Source: Chiloscyllium plagiosum (taxonomy: Eukaryota). Taken from it: a stretch of 34,187 nucleotides of DNA. The position numbers were made by a program, and so were the translations under genes. The notes beneath the pieces are model-generated. The model saw only the letters and a program-made list of their open reading frames with translations. It did no database searches and was not told the DNA's origin. The DNA lies in the NCBI RefSeq assembly GCF_004010195.1, contig NC_057718.1, positions 33,428,699-33,462,885 on the forward strand, in the 5' to 3' direction. Positions 21,680-33,748 of the stretch are shown here, piece by piece. Within the stretch, counting starts at the first letter, position 1. Every line of letters begins with the position of its first letter.

Positions 21680-22467
21680 TAGCCTCGAATTCACTTGTTC
21701 CGTCCTCATGATCTAGAACTCCATCCATACATTTCTCCATGCCTTATTGATCTTTCCTCCTCTAAGACACTCCTTTAAATCTACTTATTTGATCAAGGTT
21801 TTGATCATCTGACCTAATATCTCAGTCAATGGTTTCAGTCATTGTTTTATCGTGCTCCTGTGAAATTTTGTTAAAGGTGCTATATAAATATGACTGCAGC
21901 TGGTATAACATCCTAATTATGTGTTTCTTTAAAATAGTCCTAAGTTTTTCACACAGACAGTGGTGCATGTATGGAATAAGCTACAAGAGAAAGTGGTAGG
22001 GTACATACAATTAGAACATTTAAAAGGGATCTGGATGGGTACCTGAATAGGAAAGGTTTAAAGAGATATGGGCAAATAGGACTAGTTCACTTTAGGATAC
22101 CTGGTCAGCATGGACGAGTTGGACAGAAGGGTTTCTTTCTATGCTATATGATTCTATGACTCCAGGTAATTTTGAAGTCACTGATACTCTGGTGTGTAAT
22201 ATAATTGCTGTGTAATTATTAGCCTCGAATTCACTTGTTCCGTCCTCATGATCTAGAACTCCATCCATACATTTCTCCATGCCTTATTGATCTTTCCTCC
22301 TCTAAGACACTCCTTTAAATCTACTTATTTGATCAAGGTTTTGATCATCTGACCTAATATCTCAGTCAATGGTTTCAGTCATTGTTTTATCGTGCTCCTG
22401 TGAAATTTTGTTAAAGGTGCTATATAAATATGACTGCAGCTGGTATAACGTCCTAATTATGTGTTTC
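21680..22467. repeat. 248-bp direct duplication with a 292-bp spacer
   Basis: 21680-21927 vs 22220-22467, one substitution seen (TATAACA/TATAACG). The unit contains an L2-type 3' tail (GTTAAAGGTGCTATATAAAT). Confidence 0.97.
21945..22164 (+). mobile_element. CR1 3' end fragment
   Basis: FFTQTVVHVWNKL, with tail TGGTCAGCATGGACGAGTTGGACAGAAGGG..ATGATTCTATGACTC. Confidence 0.85.
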
Positions 22468-22644
22468 ACAATGGATATTCCTTTAAATGATTGAATATAT
22501 TTGTAACAGTTCATTGAGTCCCCTTTCAAAAAGCTGTTGTAGGATTTATGATCATAATTATATTAGTCTAACAGGAACTAACACTGATAGTACTAGAGTA
22601 TTTCCAACAATAGCTTCAGTTCTTGCCACAATATTGTTATCTCT

Positions 22645-23297
22645 CTGAGTTTCTCAAAGATCTGTTCTTGGCCCCTTTGGTTCTCTTACTGTCTTTTGGT
22701 GTATCATTGGCAGATATGGGGTGTGTTTCTCCTTATATTTTAATGACACTCAGCTCTAATATTCAATCACTCATGCCCCTTCACTGCCTCTGTACTGTCA
22801 GAGTACTGTATCAGGTTGTACGCACTATCTTGTTAACTTATTAAACCCTGAGCTAAAATCCCAGAATTTGTCAGTATCCACATTTGTATCATCACTGACC
22901 TCCACATCTGCCTCAGCTAATTTGCTGCCGCAACATGATTTTTTCCTCTCCAGTTCTGACAATTCAAAAGCTCTCCTGACCACCCATTTGCATTGTCTTG
23001 TAAAATACTGCATCCAAAACCTTTCTGTTGCTATTCCAAAATGCATAAGTCCAGCTTAAACAGAAAATGTTGTCTTTGTTGATCAACATTGCTTCCCGAA
23101 TCTTTATTGCTTAAAACTCATCATAGTCACACTCCTCTGTAATGTTCTAAGCACTGTCAAACTCTCTGTTCCTCCATATCTGTCCTCTTCTGAATCCATT
23201 CTATCTGATCTCCTATTCTAGTATCTCCTTATTTGAGTCATTGGTTTTTAGTACATCCCTTTGAAGAGCCTTGGGCTGATTTTCGATGTTAAAGACA
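22645..23297 (+). mobile_element. Ancient L2-like LINE RT remnant
   Basis: Decayed Q(G)SVLGP (CAAAGATCTGTTCTTGGCCCC), (D)DTQL (AATGACACTCAGCTC), S..D.S.ALL and IQN. L2 tail TGAAGAGCCTTGGG..GTTAAAG. Confidence 0.65.
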
Positions 23298-23351
23298 TGG
23301 TCATAGAGTCATAGAGACTTACGGCCCAATAGATTGATGCCAGTCAAAAAC

Positions 23352-23930
23352 AGTGCATTGAAAATAGGTGTTGGGGAGTCATGATGCAGCTGTACAGGAT
23401 ATTGGTGAGGCCACTTTTAGAATACTGCATTAAGTTTTGCTTGCCTTTCTATAGGAAGGATGTTGTTAAACTTGAGAGGGGCCAGGAAAGATTTACAAGG
23501 ATGTCGTGGAGTCTAGAGGGTTTGAATTATAGGCAGAGGCTGAATAGGTTGGGGATTTTATCCTGAGCGGCAGCAGCTGAAGGGTGACTTATCGAGGTTT
23601 ATAAGATAATGAGGGTCAAGGATAGGTCTGTTTCCCAGGGTAAAGAAATTCAAAACTAGAGGGCATAGGTTTCAGGTGAGAGAGGAAAGATTAAAAAGGG
23701 ACCTGAAGGGCAACATTTTCACACTGACTGTGTGCGTGTATGGAATGAGCTGCCAGAGGAGGTGGTGGAGGTGAGTACAGTTGCAACATTTAAAGGCATC
23801 TGGGTGGGTACATGAATAGGAAGGGTTTAGAGGGGTTTGGGCTAAATGCTGGCAAATGGGACCAGATCAGTTTAGGTTATCTGATTGGCATGGATGAGTT
23901 GGACCAAAAGATCTGTTTCTGTGCTCTATA
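23352..23930 (+). mobile_element. CR1 (HER1-like) LINE 3' part
   Basis: MMQLYRILVRPLLEYC..PFYRKDVVKLERGQERFTRM..NYRQRLNRLG plus CR1 3' UTR. Confidence 0.92.
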
Positions 23931-23944
23931 CACACCTGTCCTAA

Positions 23945-24072
23945 TCCTAGATTTTAATGAATTTAAATTTCACTACTTGCCATGGTGGGATTTGAAACTA
24001 TGTTCCCCAAAACAATAGTTTAGGGTTCTGGATTACCAGCCAGTGACATTACCACTCTGCCACCACCTCTCC
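23945..24072 (-). mobile_element. tRNA-derived SINE 5' part (family of 5747-6160)
   Basis: Reverse complement GGTGGTGGCAGAGTGGTAATGTCACTGGCTGGTAATCCAG..GTTTCAAATCCCACCATGGCA. Confidence 0.8.
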
Positions 24073-24849
24073 AGAATGCCAGTAATTATAACACTTAGAC
24101 TGTATTAAAATTTAATTAGATGAGCTTGCTTTCTGAATGTTCCATGGCTCACAGAACAGACAATTCCAACTGTAATGTCCATATCTGTGGATCTGAAACT
24201 GCCATAGAGGGTTCACTCCCCAATTTCAAATCTCCTGGGCCCTGCATATTAATAAAAATAACCAGCAGTCTTTTCTCCTGAAGTATAAATTGTTGTGATC
24301 ATTTTAAATTTGATTCATGATTGGAAAGCACTTATTAATGTGCCCAGGTTTATATTAAGAATCAATTTAAGATCTAGTTGTTCTCACTGTGAATCAATCA
24401 TGCTTGCTAGACCTATATATATTCATGTGCAGAGCTAATTCTCTACAGGTCAAAACATTCCACCATCTCAATTAAACAAAAATGTAGGGGAGACAACTCC
24501 TCTATAGCATGCGTTCCCTATAGCATGTCTTGAACAAGCAGAGTCAACATGCCTTATTATAAAAATACGTTAAAGCAGGAATTTTGGGGTAACCATACAC
24601 TGTTGCAGTCTCCATTTCAATGCCTTGACTGGTCAGAGTCCAGTTGGCAACTAATTATTACCTTGTTTCTCAAGCAATATAAATTGTTGGTCCCTTTACA
24701 ATTTGATATGCTTGATGAGTTTAAGGTTTAAAAACGCTTCCCCTACAGGTCCCTTTCTCAGCTAAAACTCAACATCTGTACCAATAAGCAATTATATGTT
24801 TATGTTTAAGGAAGTAAATTGAGTCCGCCATTATTTAGACAGTCTTATA

Positions 24850-24940
24850 ATGAAGGGCTTTTGCCCGAAACGTCGATTTTACTGCTCCTCGGATGCTGCC
24901 GGAACTGCTGTGCTATTCCAGTACCACACTAATCTAGACC
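24850..24940 (+). mobile_element. PLE family A short fragment starting inside the hammerhead core
   Basis: ATGAAGGGCTTTTGCCCGAAACGTCGATTTT..CGGATGCTGCC. Candidate TSD AGTCTTATAA (24841-24850) / AGTCTAATAA (24943-24952). Confidence 0.9.
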
Positions 24941-26169
24941 CTAGTCTAATAAATGCCAGGAGAATTATAAAATATCATAATGTGGACTTTTCTTTATCCA
25001 TAACTAAAACCAATTGTAATATAAGTCATCTTGAAAGCAGGGAACTTTCTAGGTCTACATAGGACATGGAGGATTAGCATAAGAGTATTCATGGATGTCT
25101 TCTTCAAGACATTACACATGTTTGCTATTAATGTACCCTACATTTTCCCAATGCAACTTGAAATGGCAAACCATCACATTTTCTAACAGATAAAGAGATT
25201 TTTTTTCAAATTAAGTTCTTTTTCTCCTGGTTTTGCCATGACCTGCCTGTAGGCATTGCTAGATGAAGCCAAATTAGCAGCATACAGTCGAATTCTCCTC
25301 TTTCTTTAACTTCGTTTCAATCGATTTATATTTAACGGGGTTTTGTTCGTAATCATCAGTTTCTGTACAGAAGCAATTAGCTCCATTTTTCTCATTAATT
25401 GCTTTATAATTAACAACTTAACACGATTACTGTCCCCGTCGAACAGCAATCTAAAAGCTTAATGAAGCCAGCTTTCAGTTTCCCGTATATTTAAATTTAC
25501 ACATTTTAGACAGATTCCAGTTTAGCTTGATTGTTCAGCATCCTAATTTGAATGAAAAGTAAACAAATGGGTAGGGACATAAAGCCTATTGTCATAGTCT
25601 GTAATTTCTGTGCCTGCTATAGAAAATTTAAAAATACGAATTTACAACATTCCTGCGTGTGTTAATGAAACATACAGTTGTTTTGGGTGTCTCGGTACAC
25701 ACTAATTATGCAATTGCAACATTAAGGCCGAAAAGAAAATAATTGACTTGGAACCATGCTAAATATTTCAGGTGCAGATTCATCCTAGCGAAACTGGTGT
25801 AAACACTACAATCCTGATGAATAAAGATGCAATCATTAAGGAAGAACACCGTGAACAAAACTACAACAAAATGATTGTAGTCTCAGCATCGTTTGCAGCC
25901 CGTGTTCAAATTACACTGAAATATTTCGTGAATGGAATTCCACAATGACATGTATGATCTGAGACTAAACTAACATTTTAAAGTAACACGAGGAAATTGC
26001 ATGTTTGATTACAACTCTGCAGCTTATTGTCTTTATAATTATAGTATAGGTTAAAGACTGAGGAAAGCTCCCAGAGGGAACCCAGATATCTGTCGAGCGA
26101 ACAGCTTTTTCGAAAATTCGCCATTGTCTTTTAATAAATTGCTCTGCCTCGTCGACACATCTCATTTTT

Positions 26170-26726
26170 GTATATGCTGCCAGTTAGGGGTATGTCATTT
26201 GGGTTATTAGAGATGAATTAGCTTTTTACAAAAGGGACGCTTAGTTTAAACCTGACGCCTGTCCACCTGAGTGCTGACATACAGCCACCCACCTCGATTT
26301 CCCTTGACTTTCCTAGCCATGCATTTCACTTCAGCGCACTTTAATTATTCGAATTAAAGCACAAGCCCATTCACTTGTCCCTCAACCTTGCTACTGCTTG
26401 TCTGTAATGGAGAGGTCACCGTATTCATTACTGAGTCCAACCACTTTCATTAGTTTTGTTTTGGACCGTGATTGGTTGCTCAAGGCCAATGGGGTCTTGG
26501 TGATGTCATGGAGTGAGTCAAGTAAAGTTGTCAAACTGCGACCAGAGCTGAAGAAGGGGGATAATTCCTTGGAACTGGAGGGCCAACATTTTGGTGCTTC
26601 TCTGTAAAATGAGAATGGCTGAAGAAGAGCTGCCAGTTGGTGGACGGGGAGACAAGCTAAAAGGGGATGAATTCCCAGATCTTTATCCAAATCACATCAG
26701 TTCTGTCAATTCAACTACAGGTGAGG
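26170..26726. promoter_or_regulatory. Candidate promoter/enhancer
   Basis: Non-repetitive and CpG-retaining. ATTGG 26471-26475, CCAAT 26486-26490, CRE-like TGATGTCA 26501-26508 and AP-1 TGAGTCA 26514-26520. Motif evidence only. Confidence 0.35.
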
Positions 26727-27208
26727 AAGTTGCAGAAATATAATTCTGCATTCGCATCGGAAACACTTCTGGAACTAATTCCAGTTATTTCATACTTTTA
26801 TTACAACATGGTCATAATGAATTAGTAATTTAGTCATATAATGAATATTTCCTAAGAAATATTGAATCCATTCAGCCATCACAGATTAATATAAAAAAAA
26901 GTTTATATGGCAAAGTCGTGATGTGGAGATTCAAGGCAATATGCTACAGGTTTGCCTCTATGTATATAGACCGGTACATTTAATGGAACGGAAGATATTG
27001 AAAAGTTGTTGCTTAATATTACTTGGAAAAGATAAACTATCTCGTCTATATTTTACCTTGCCTACAGTCTCACTTTAAAATATTCCCATTTTATATTTTT
27101 TTATGGGAAATTTAAAGATTAAGCGGAAGTAATTACAATTAGTTTCTGTTCACTACTGTATACCGGTTGTTTAAGCAACACATTAAACAAGGTACAGAAT
27201 TAAAGGTA

Positions 27209-27320
27209 CTCGAAATATGAACACTTTTCTCTCCACAGATGCTGCTAGACCTGCTGAGTTTCTCGAGCAATTTCTGTTTTTTGTTTCAGATTTCCAGCAT
27301 TCGCGGTTCTTTGTTTTATA
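27209..27320 (+). mobile_element. PLE-related 3' terminal fragment (third family)
   Basis: CGAAA..CTCTCCACAGATGCTGCTAGACCTGCTGAGTTTCTCGAGCA..TTTCCAGCATTCGCGGTT shares the GATGCTGC..ACCTGCTG..TCCAGCAT skeleton of family A. Confidence 0.7.
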
Positions 27321-29374
27321 TTATTACATAATTATTTTGTTTCCTCGAATATTAAAATCTATCTGGACGATAATTTAGCGGAGATGAATAGAATTTCAGT
27401 TGTACAACTGATTAGGACAGCAGAGAGTTCCATCCGCAATCTTGTGGGAATCTTTCACGGCGGTGGCCAAGTACATCAGCTTCAAATCCTGTAAAGCTTT
27501 CCGATGCGGTGAAGAAACACAAAACTCTTCCAATATATAGGCTCTATTTCACCTTGTAAATGATAAACTATTGATTTTAGTCAGAGGTTCTATCACCTGT
27601 AGAAAGTCAAGAAGTTAAATCAAAATAGGCTCTGGACAAGAATGATCGGCTGTCAATCATCAAATATAGAGAAGGAAAACTATAATTGTAGCTGAGTTAG
27701 GGGAAAAACTGAGAATCTCGGTCCAGGTGCGAGTCAAGCCGTCTTACAAGGCGGGCCTCGGCCATGTGGACGTACCCGCGCTTCATTGTTGATCAGTCGC
27801 CTGCAAATACTAAGGAGCCCTGGTCCAAGGCTTCAGTCTGGTTCAGAGTGCCGCTCAATATTTTAGTCTAAATCCACTGTGTTCGATGCCAAACATACAT
27901 TTGCACCTTTTTAAAGTAGGATAGGTTTAGTGCCGATATGAATATTAATTTATATCACCATGTAGTTTGGAAATTAATATTCTATTTAATATCGTATTAA
28001 GCACCTCGTGGCTTTGTTTTCTTGTGCAAAAATATGCTTGTACAATTTTCTGGTTTTTTTTTAACACAATGTCCCCATTATCTTTAAAGAACAAATAAAA
28101 CGTGCACGGTTTAGAAATATGTACTTGAGACCGCTTTAGTGAAAACCATTGCAAAAACAGGCAAATTGTAAAACTTTGTATAATTTCCTTTTGTAATCAT
28201 AGAAGATGTATAATTTTCTACAGTAGGATTGTGCAGATCGTTTAATATTAAGGATTTAAGCCCAATCACACTCTGGGCATTATCATTCATTTATCGCTGT
28301 AGGTGAACAGCGCATGTAACGACAAATAGGTGCACTTTCAAATATTGTTAATTTACTAAGAACTTGACAATTTATTTATGTAAAGATATGTGCTAAATAT
28401 TGATGGAATTATTTTCCCTATTCATTTGTTGTTGGACATGGATATGACCGACTTCCTTCTGTGCTGCCTGAATCTACTTAAGAACCCAAGTCTTTTTAAA
28501 ATGATTCCACTGCCAATTTCTGTCAATACAATTTGAACTCTCATAAAATTCAAAGCAATAAATGCAATATCAATGAGAGCCAGTTAAAGACTGCAAAACC
28601 CTAGGAATGAATCTAACATGTCACTATGATCATCTTTTAAAAAGCCTTAAATTATTAATTTGAATAAAAAAATCCTTCATCTTAATTAGAAAGTTAAAAT
28701 TAGATATAAAAATTATGTTAGTATTATAGGAAGGCATATATGCCTATCTCCATTAAGCATATTATTAAAGGAATATGGATGTGTAGAGATGAAGACCAGC
28801 AAAGAATAATGTCTTGTCATTATCCCTTTGTACATGATAGATAACAATTATACATAAGGTAAGATATATTTTTTCAATGGTTTTGAAGTGTGGAGTTAGT
28901 AAATAAAGATCAATACGTAATACAATATTAACTATTCTGCCAGTAATTAGTTAGGTTAGATATTTCAAGATAATACATCTTTTGTCTTGTTTTGTAATGA
29001 TATCTTCACTTGTCTTCATACAACCTTTTGATATAATGTTCCAAGAGTTTCCATAAAATAAACAATTTCACCTACAGAATAAAATAATAGGTAAGATAAC
29101 CAAAAACCTGGGTCAAAAATGTAGGGCAGAAAAAGATTAAATTGGAATGGAAATCAGCGCACAAGAACTTGCATCTTCTAAAAATGAATACCGATGGTAT
29201 GGGGGGGGGGGAATTTATTTCATTTTCAAAACAAATCCAAGTTATACTTTGACTCATCAAATTTTTATTCTCAAAATAATCTTTTAGATAAGAATAGATT
29301 GATGCAAACATTTAGCCAAAGATAACCCAGCATTTCACTGATGATTAAAACCTACATATACAGCACAGAAGTTT

Positions 29375-29680
29375 CTTGGGTGTCTGGACAGGAAAGATGC
29401 GGAGAGGGTGTTTCTCCTTGTGGGAGAGTCCAGGATTACGGAGCACAATCTCAGTAAGGGATTCCCCTCAGATGTGGGGAAATTTCTTATGAGGGTAGTA
29501 AATCTGTGGAATTCTTCACTACAAAGAACTGTCAAGGTTATGTTGTTAAGACATGTTGTTAATAAATAAAAGAATCAAGGGTATTGGGATAAGGCAAGAA
29601 AGTTGACTTTATTATTATATCAGTCAATGATCTCATTGGGCCAGATTGCCTACTTCTGTACCTTCTTATGATCTTATCTG
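29375..29680 (+). mobile_element. CR1 3' end
   Basis: GLDRKDAERVFLLVGESRITEHNL, ATCTGTGGAATTC and tail TCTTATGATCTTAT. Confidence 0.8.
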
Positions 29681-30229
29681 TATAATTTGCATGAAAAAAT
29701 ATCACATTGTGTTCAATAATTGAGCATTTATTGTGCTTCTGTGTATTCTGAGATTGTGGTTCTGAGCATTTTGTGATATTAATTTACAACCAAATGAATA
29801 ATGGCTAGATTGCAATAAATTATATCAAATACAGCCAAATTTCTGAAAATATTATTTGCCATGACAATAATGGATATCTTGCCTTCTTTTGCAAGCTGTT
29901 TGTTTTGCCTTCTTGGGACTTTGCATGCTAACCATCATCTTTGACTTACATTGGTAATCAATGCCTTTCTATAATTGCTAATACTCAAACAGACTAGCTG
30001 AACACTCTCAATTTTTAATCTGTTCCCCTGGAAGTGGTATTAGACAGTGTTGGGTAGATATAGATATATAGTCCTACGTGAATTGATTTCTAACTTTTAA
30101 AAGTTAAAACAAAAATGTAGACTACTTGCAACAGAAGCTGATTGTATAAAATGTATACCTCAGTTTGAACTAGATATTGAATTACCTGAGTTCATATGTT
30201 ATCTGACTAACCTGACTACTTTTTTTTTG

Positions 30230-30350
30230 CAGTAACAGTGAGGGTTGATGAAGGTACAGCAGTTGATGTTTTATTGGGACTTTCAAAAGGCATTTGTTAA
30301 AATGCCAATTGGAAGACTTGTTCAGAAAGGAGAAGCTTGTATTGTCCATC
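30230..30350 (+). mobile_element. CR1 RT fragment
   Basis: VTVRVDEGTAVDV then decayed DFQKAF(D)K.P (GACTTTTCAAAAGGCATTTGTTAAAATGCCA). Confidence 0.7.
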
Positions 30351-30978
30351 TAACAACAGTTCCAATTTACATTTGCTATTATCTACTTTTCAAATTGTGA
30401 TTCTTGATTAAATGACAGCATGATAATCCTAGCAATGAAAAATTAAGTAAATCTTCTGTGGCACTGATTCAGCAATGCAGATCTTTAACACTCCAGAATT
30501 CCTTTTGGTAACTGATTGGTCAGTTTGCTCACTGGGATCTGCAGTGGGCTGTCCTGGCAATTTATTTACAACTGTACTTTAAACTTTTCTTCACTCCTTG
30601 AGTTAAAAAGACTTGATTGTATTGGGCTCAGAATGACTTAACTATCACCTGATACAATTATTATTGTTTTCAAATCATAAATTAGCTGGGGAAACGGTGC
30701 ACACATCCTGCAGCCATCACCTTAAGTCCATGTTTTTACAGATGAATATTGTACACTATTGTGGACAAAATGCACCTATGCCAGTGATGCCCAACTGAGT
30801 ATCGCTATAACAATGCAGTATTTCCTTATCTTCAAAAGTGTTTGATAAGACCAGAAGTATAACTAGGAGGTATACGGGAAGAGAAGATATTGAAGGTAGC
30901 ATACATTTTAGGGTTGGTTAATGGAACAAGAACAGTTGAAAAAAAAAGTCATTTTTAATTTGACAGGATGTATCTAGT

Positions 30979-31691
30979 AGGCAAAAGTGAGGACTGCAAA
31001 TGCTGGAAACCAGAGTTTAGATCAGAGAGGTGCTGGAAAAGCACAGCAGGTCAGACAACATCCGAGGAACAGGAAAATCGATGTTTCGGGCAAAAGCACT
31101 TTATCAGGAATAGAGGCAGGAAGCCTCCAGATTGGAGAGATAAATTGGGGATGGGGGGCTGGGGAGAAAGTAGCAAGTTGTACAATAGGTAAATGTGGGT
31201 GGGGATGGAGGTGATAGGTCAGAGAAGAGGGTGAGGGAAGGTAGCAAAGAGTACAGTAGGTGAATGGGGGTTGGGAATGGAGGTGATAGGTCAGAGGGGA
31301 GGGTAAAGCGGATAGATGGGAAGGGAGATTGGCAAGTAGGACAGATCATGAGGACAGTGCTGAGCTGCAAGGTTGGAACTGAGGTAAGGTGGGTGGAGGG
31401 GAAATGAGGAAACTGGTGAAATCCACATTGATGCCCTGGGGTTGAAGTGTTCCGAGGTGGAAGATGAGGCGTTCTTCCTCCAGGCGTCAGGTGGTGAGGG
31501 TGCGGCGGTGGAGGAGGCCCAGGACCTGCATGTCCTTGGCAGAGTGGGAGGGGGAGTTGAAATGTTGGGCCTCAAGGCGGTGGGGTTGATTGGTGCGGGT
31601 GTCCCAGAGATGATACTTGAAGCGTTCTGCAAGGAGGCGTCCAGATTCCCCAATGTCAAGGAGACCGCATCGGGAGCAATGGATATAATAT
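30979..31691 (-). mobile_element. PLE family A 5'-truncated copy with GIY-YIG endonuclease remnant
   Basis: YYIHCSRCGLLDIGESGRLLAERFKYHL..HFNSPSHS..*RLEEERLIFHLGTLQPQGINVDF. Hammerhead mutated (CUGAUAA). 12-bp TSD GATGTATCTAGT at 30967-30978 and 31692-31703. Confidence 0.95.
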
Positions 31692-31819
31692 GATGTATCT
31701 AGTGGCATATTACAAAGACTAATACCTGTTAACAGCTGTTTTAAGTCTGTATCAATGACTTAAATGAGGAAACTGAGTATATTGTCAGCAAACGTTGATA
31801 CTTTCCTATATAATGTAAG

Positions 31820-32240
31820 TTTACAAGAAGAGAAATAGGTTATTTGGCCCTTTGAGCCTGCTCCATTATTCAATAAAATCATGCCTCGTCCATTTGTACT
31901 GTCTGACCCACCCTTAACCCTTGGTTCCATCAAAAATCTATCTAACTTTGTCTCGAATATACCAATGATCCAGTCTGCACTGCTTTCTGTTGCAGAGAAT
32001 TCCTCATACACTCATATATTCCTCCTCACTGTCTTAAAAGGGAAACCTATTAATGTTATACTTTGTCTCCTGGTTTGAGTATCCCGCACCTCCCCACTCA
32101 GAGACATAAAAAAAATCCTCCTGGTATCCACCCCTATGAAAATGCTTCAAATCTTGTGTTTCAATATGGTCAACTCTCATTCATATTAGCTTCAACGGAT
32201 CTTGGCCCAAGCTGTTTAACCTTTCCTCATATGTCTTTCA
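31820..32240 (-). mobile_element. Old CR1 3' part
   Basis: GGTTATTTGGCCCTTTGAGCCTGCTCCATTATTCAATAAAATCATG is the reverse complement of a CR1 tail. Minus frame gives GIFETKLDRFL. Confidence 0.8.
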
Positions 32241-32264
32241 TCCCAAGAATGAATCAGGTGAACC

Positions 32265-33085
32265 TTTAGATGCAAAGAGGCTGCAAAAAGATTTTGATGG
32301 AATGGACAGGGCTCTGGCAGATGAAATACAATAAAGACAAATCTGAAATAATTCACCTTGGGAGAAAGAGAGAGGAACAGTTTTATTTTAAATGGTGCAA
32401 GCAAGACTGGGAAATATTGTTATTCAGAGGAATCTTGGCCTCTTTATATTTGAATCACAAAGATGACATGCAATCGTGAAGCAAATGACACATTGTAAAG
32501 AAATTGGGATATAGAAGTAAAGAAGTCTCACTAATTGTTTTGAGACCACACCTGGAGAGCACTATGTACAGTTTAGTCATCTCACCTAAAGCAGGATTTA
32601 CTTGTATTAGAGTGCAACATGGATTCACTAGATTGATTTACTGAGATAACAGAACTACCCTTTTGAAGAGAGATTGAATAGACAAGCCCTTTGTTCCCTA
32701 AAGCTTAGAAGAATGAGATTATCATAATAGATATTTTAAAATAACTTCTTGAGGAGCTTGACAAGGTAAATGTTGGGAGAATGTTTCCCTGACTAGAGTC
32801 CAGGATATGAGAGTCAATTTCAAAATGAGGGGTTGACTATTTAGTGCTGAGGTGAGGAAAACCTTTGCAGTGAACGGACTGTGAACCTTTCAGAATTCTC
32901 TACTTCAGGTGTACACCAACAGCTTTTTAACCTATACATATTAGGTTTTTTGATGTGACCAGAACTGAGGGATATGGGATATTGTAAGATCATGTAACTG
33001 AGTAGAATATCAAGTGTGATCTTACTGAATGGCAGAGCAGGATTAAGGAACCAAATGGCCTATTCTTACTCCCATTTCTCATCTT
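32265..33085 (+). mobile_element. Old CR1 ORF2 3' part + UTR
   Basis: EWTGLWQMKYNKDKSEIIHLGRK, RPHLE and tail ACTGAATGGCAGAGCAGG..AATGGCCTATTCTTACTCC. Confidence 0.85.
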
Positions 33086-33333
33086 TAAAACTCATTGAAT
33101 GAGTGCTGAAGTTGATACAAACTATCTGGCTCCTTGTTTTCACAAATCATATCATTGTCTCTCTAAGGATCAACAGCAACCATCAGAGACCATAACTGAA
33201 CATTGCAATCTCTGATCAACCCATTGATGTTCTTTGAAGCTTCTTCTTCAACATCAGCATCTTTTGATGTTGTCTTGAATCAGGGACTGCCTTCTGGTTA
33301 GTGCTCAAAACACTCAACCTCATTCTTTCATTT

Positions 33334-33748
33334 AAAAGTGGAGAGTGCAGGAAACCAGATTCTGGATCAATGGTCCTGGAAGAGCACAGCAATTCAGGCA
33401 GCATCGAGGAGCTTCAGCAAAATTGATGTTTCGGGCAAAAGCCCTTCATCAGGAGTAAAGGCAGAGAGCCTGAAGTGTGGAGAGATAAGCTAGGGGAGGG
33501 TGGGGGTGAGGAGAGAGTAGCATATAGAGTACAATGGGTGAGTGGGGGAGGAGATGAAGGTGATAGGTCAGGGAGGAGAGGGTGGAGTGGATAGGTGGAA
33601 AAGGAGCTAGGCAGGTTGGACAAGTCAAGGGGACTGGAAGTTTGAAACTAGGATGAGGTGGGGGAAAGAGAAATGAGGAAGCTGTTGAAGTCCACATTGA
33701 TGCCCTGGGGTTGAAGTGTTCCGAGGCGGAAGATGAGGCGTTCTTCCT
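33334..33748 (-). mobile_element. PLE family A 3' part (GIY-YIG C-terminus + pLTR with hammerhead motif at 33421-33458)
   Basis: EERLIFRLGTLQPQGINVDF. CUGAUGA A GGGC UUUU GCCC GAAAC AUC (G>A at CpG). Confidence 0.93.

Noticed and set aside
21680..22467. LTR retroelement/TRIM or TSD of the enclosed CR1
   Set aside because: No TG..CA termini, PBS or PPT. It is far too long for a TSD and much younger than the CR1.
26398..26607. 69-aa ORF as a coding exon
   Set aside because: Non-ATG start and no recognisable homology. The motif content fits regulatory DNA better.
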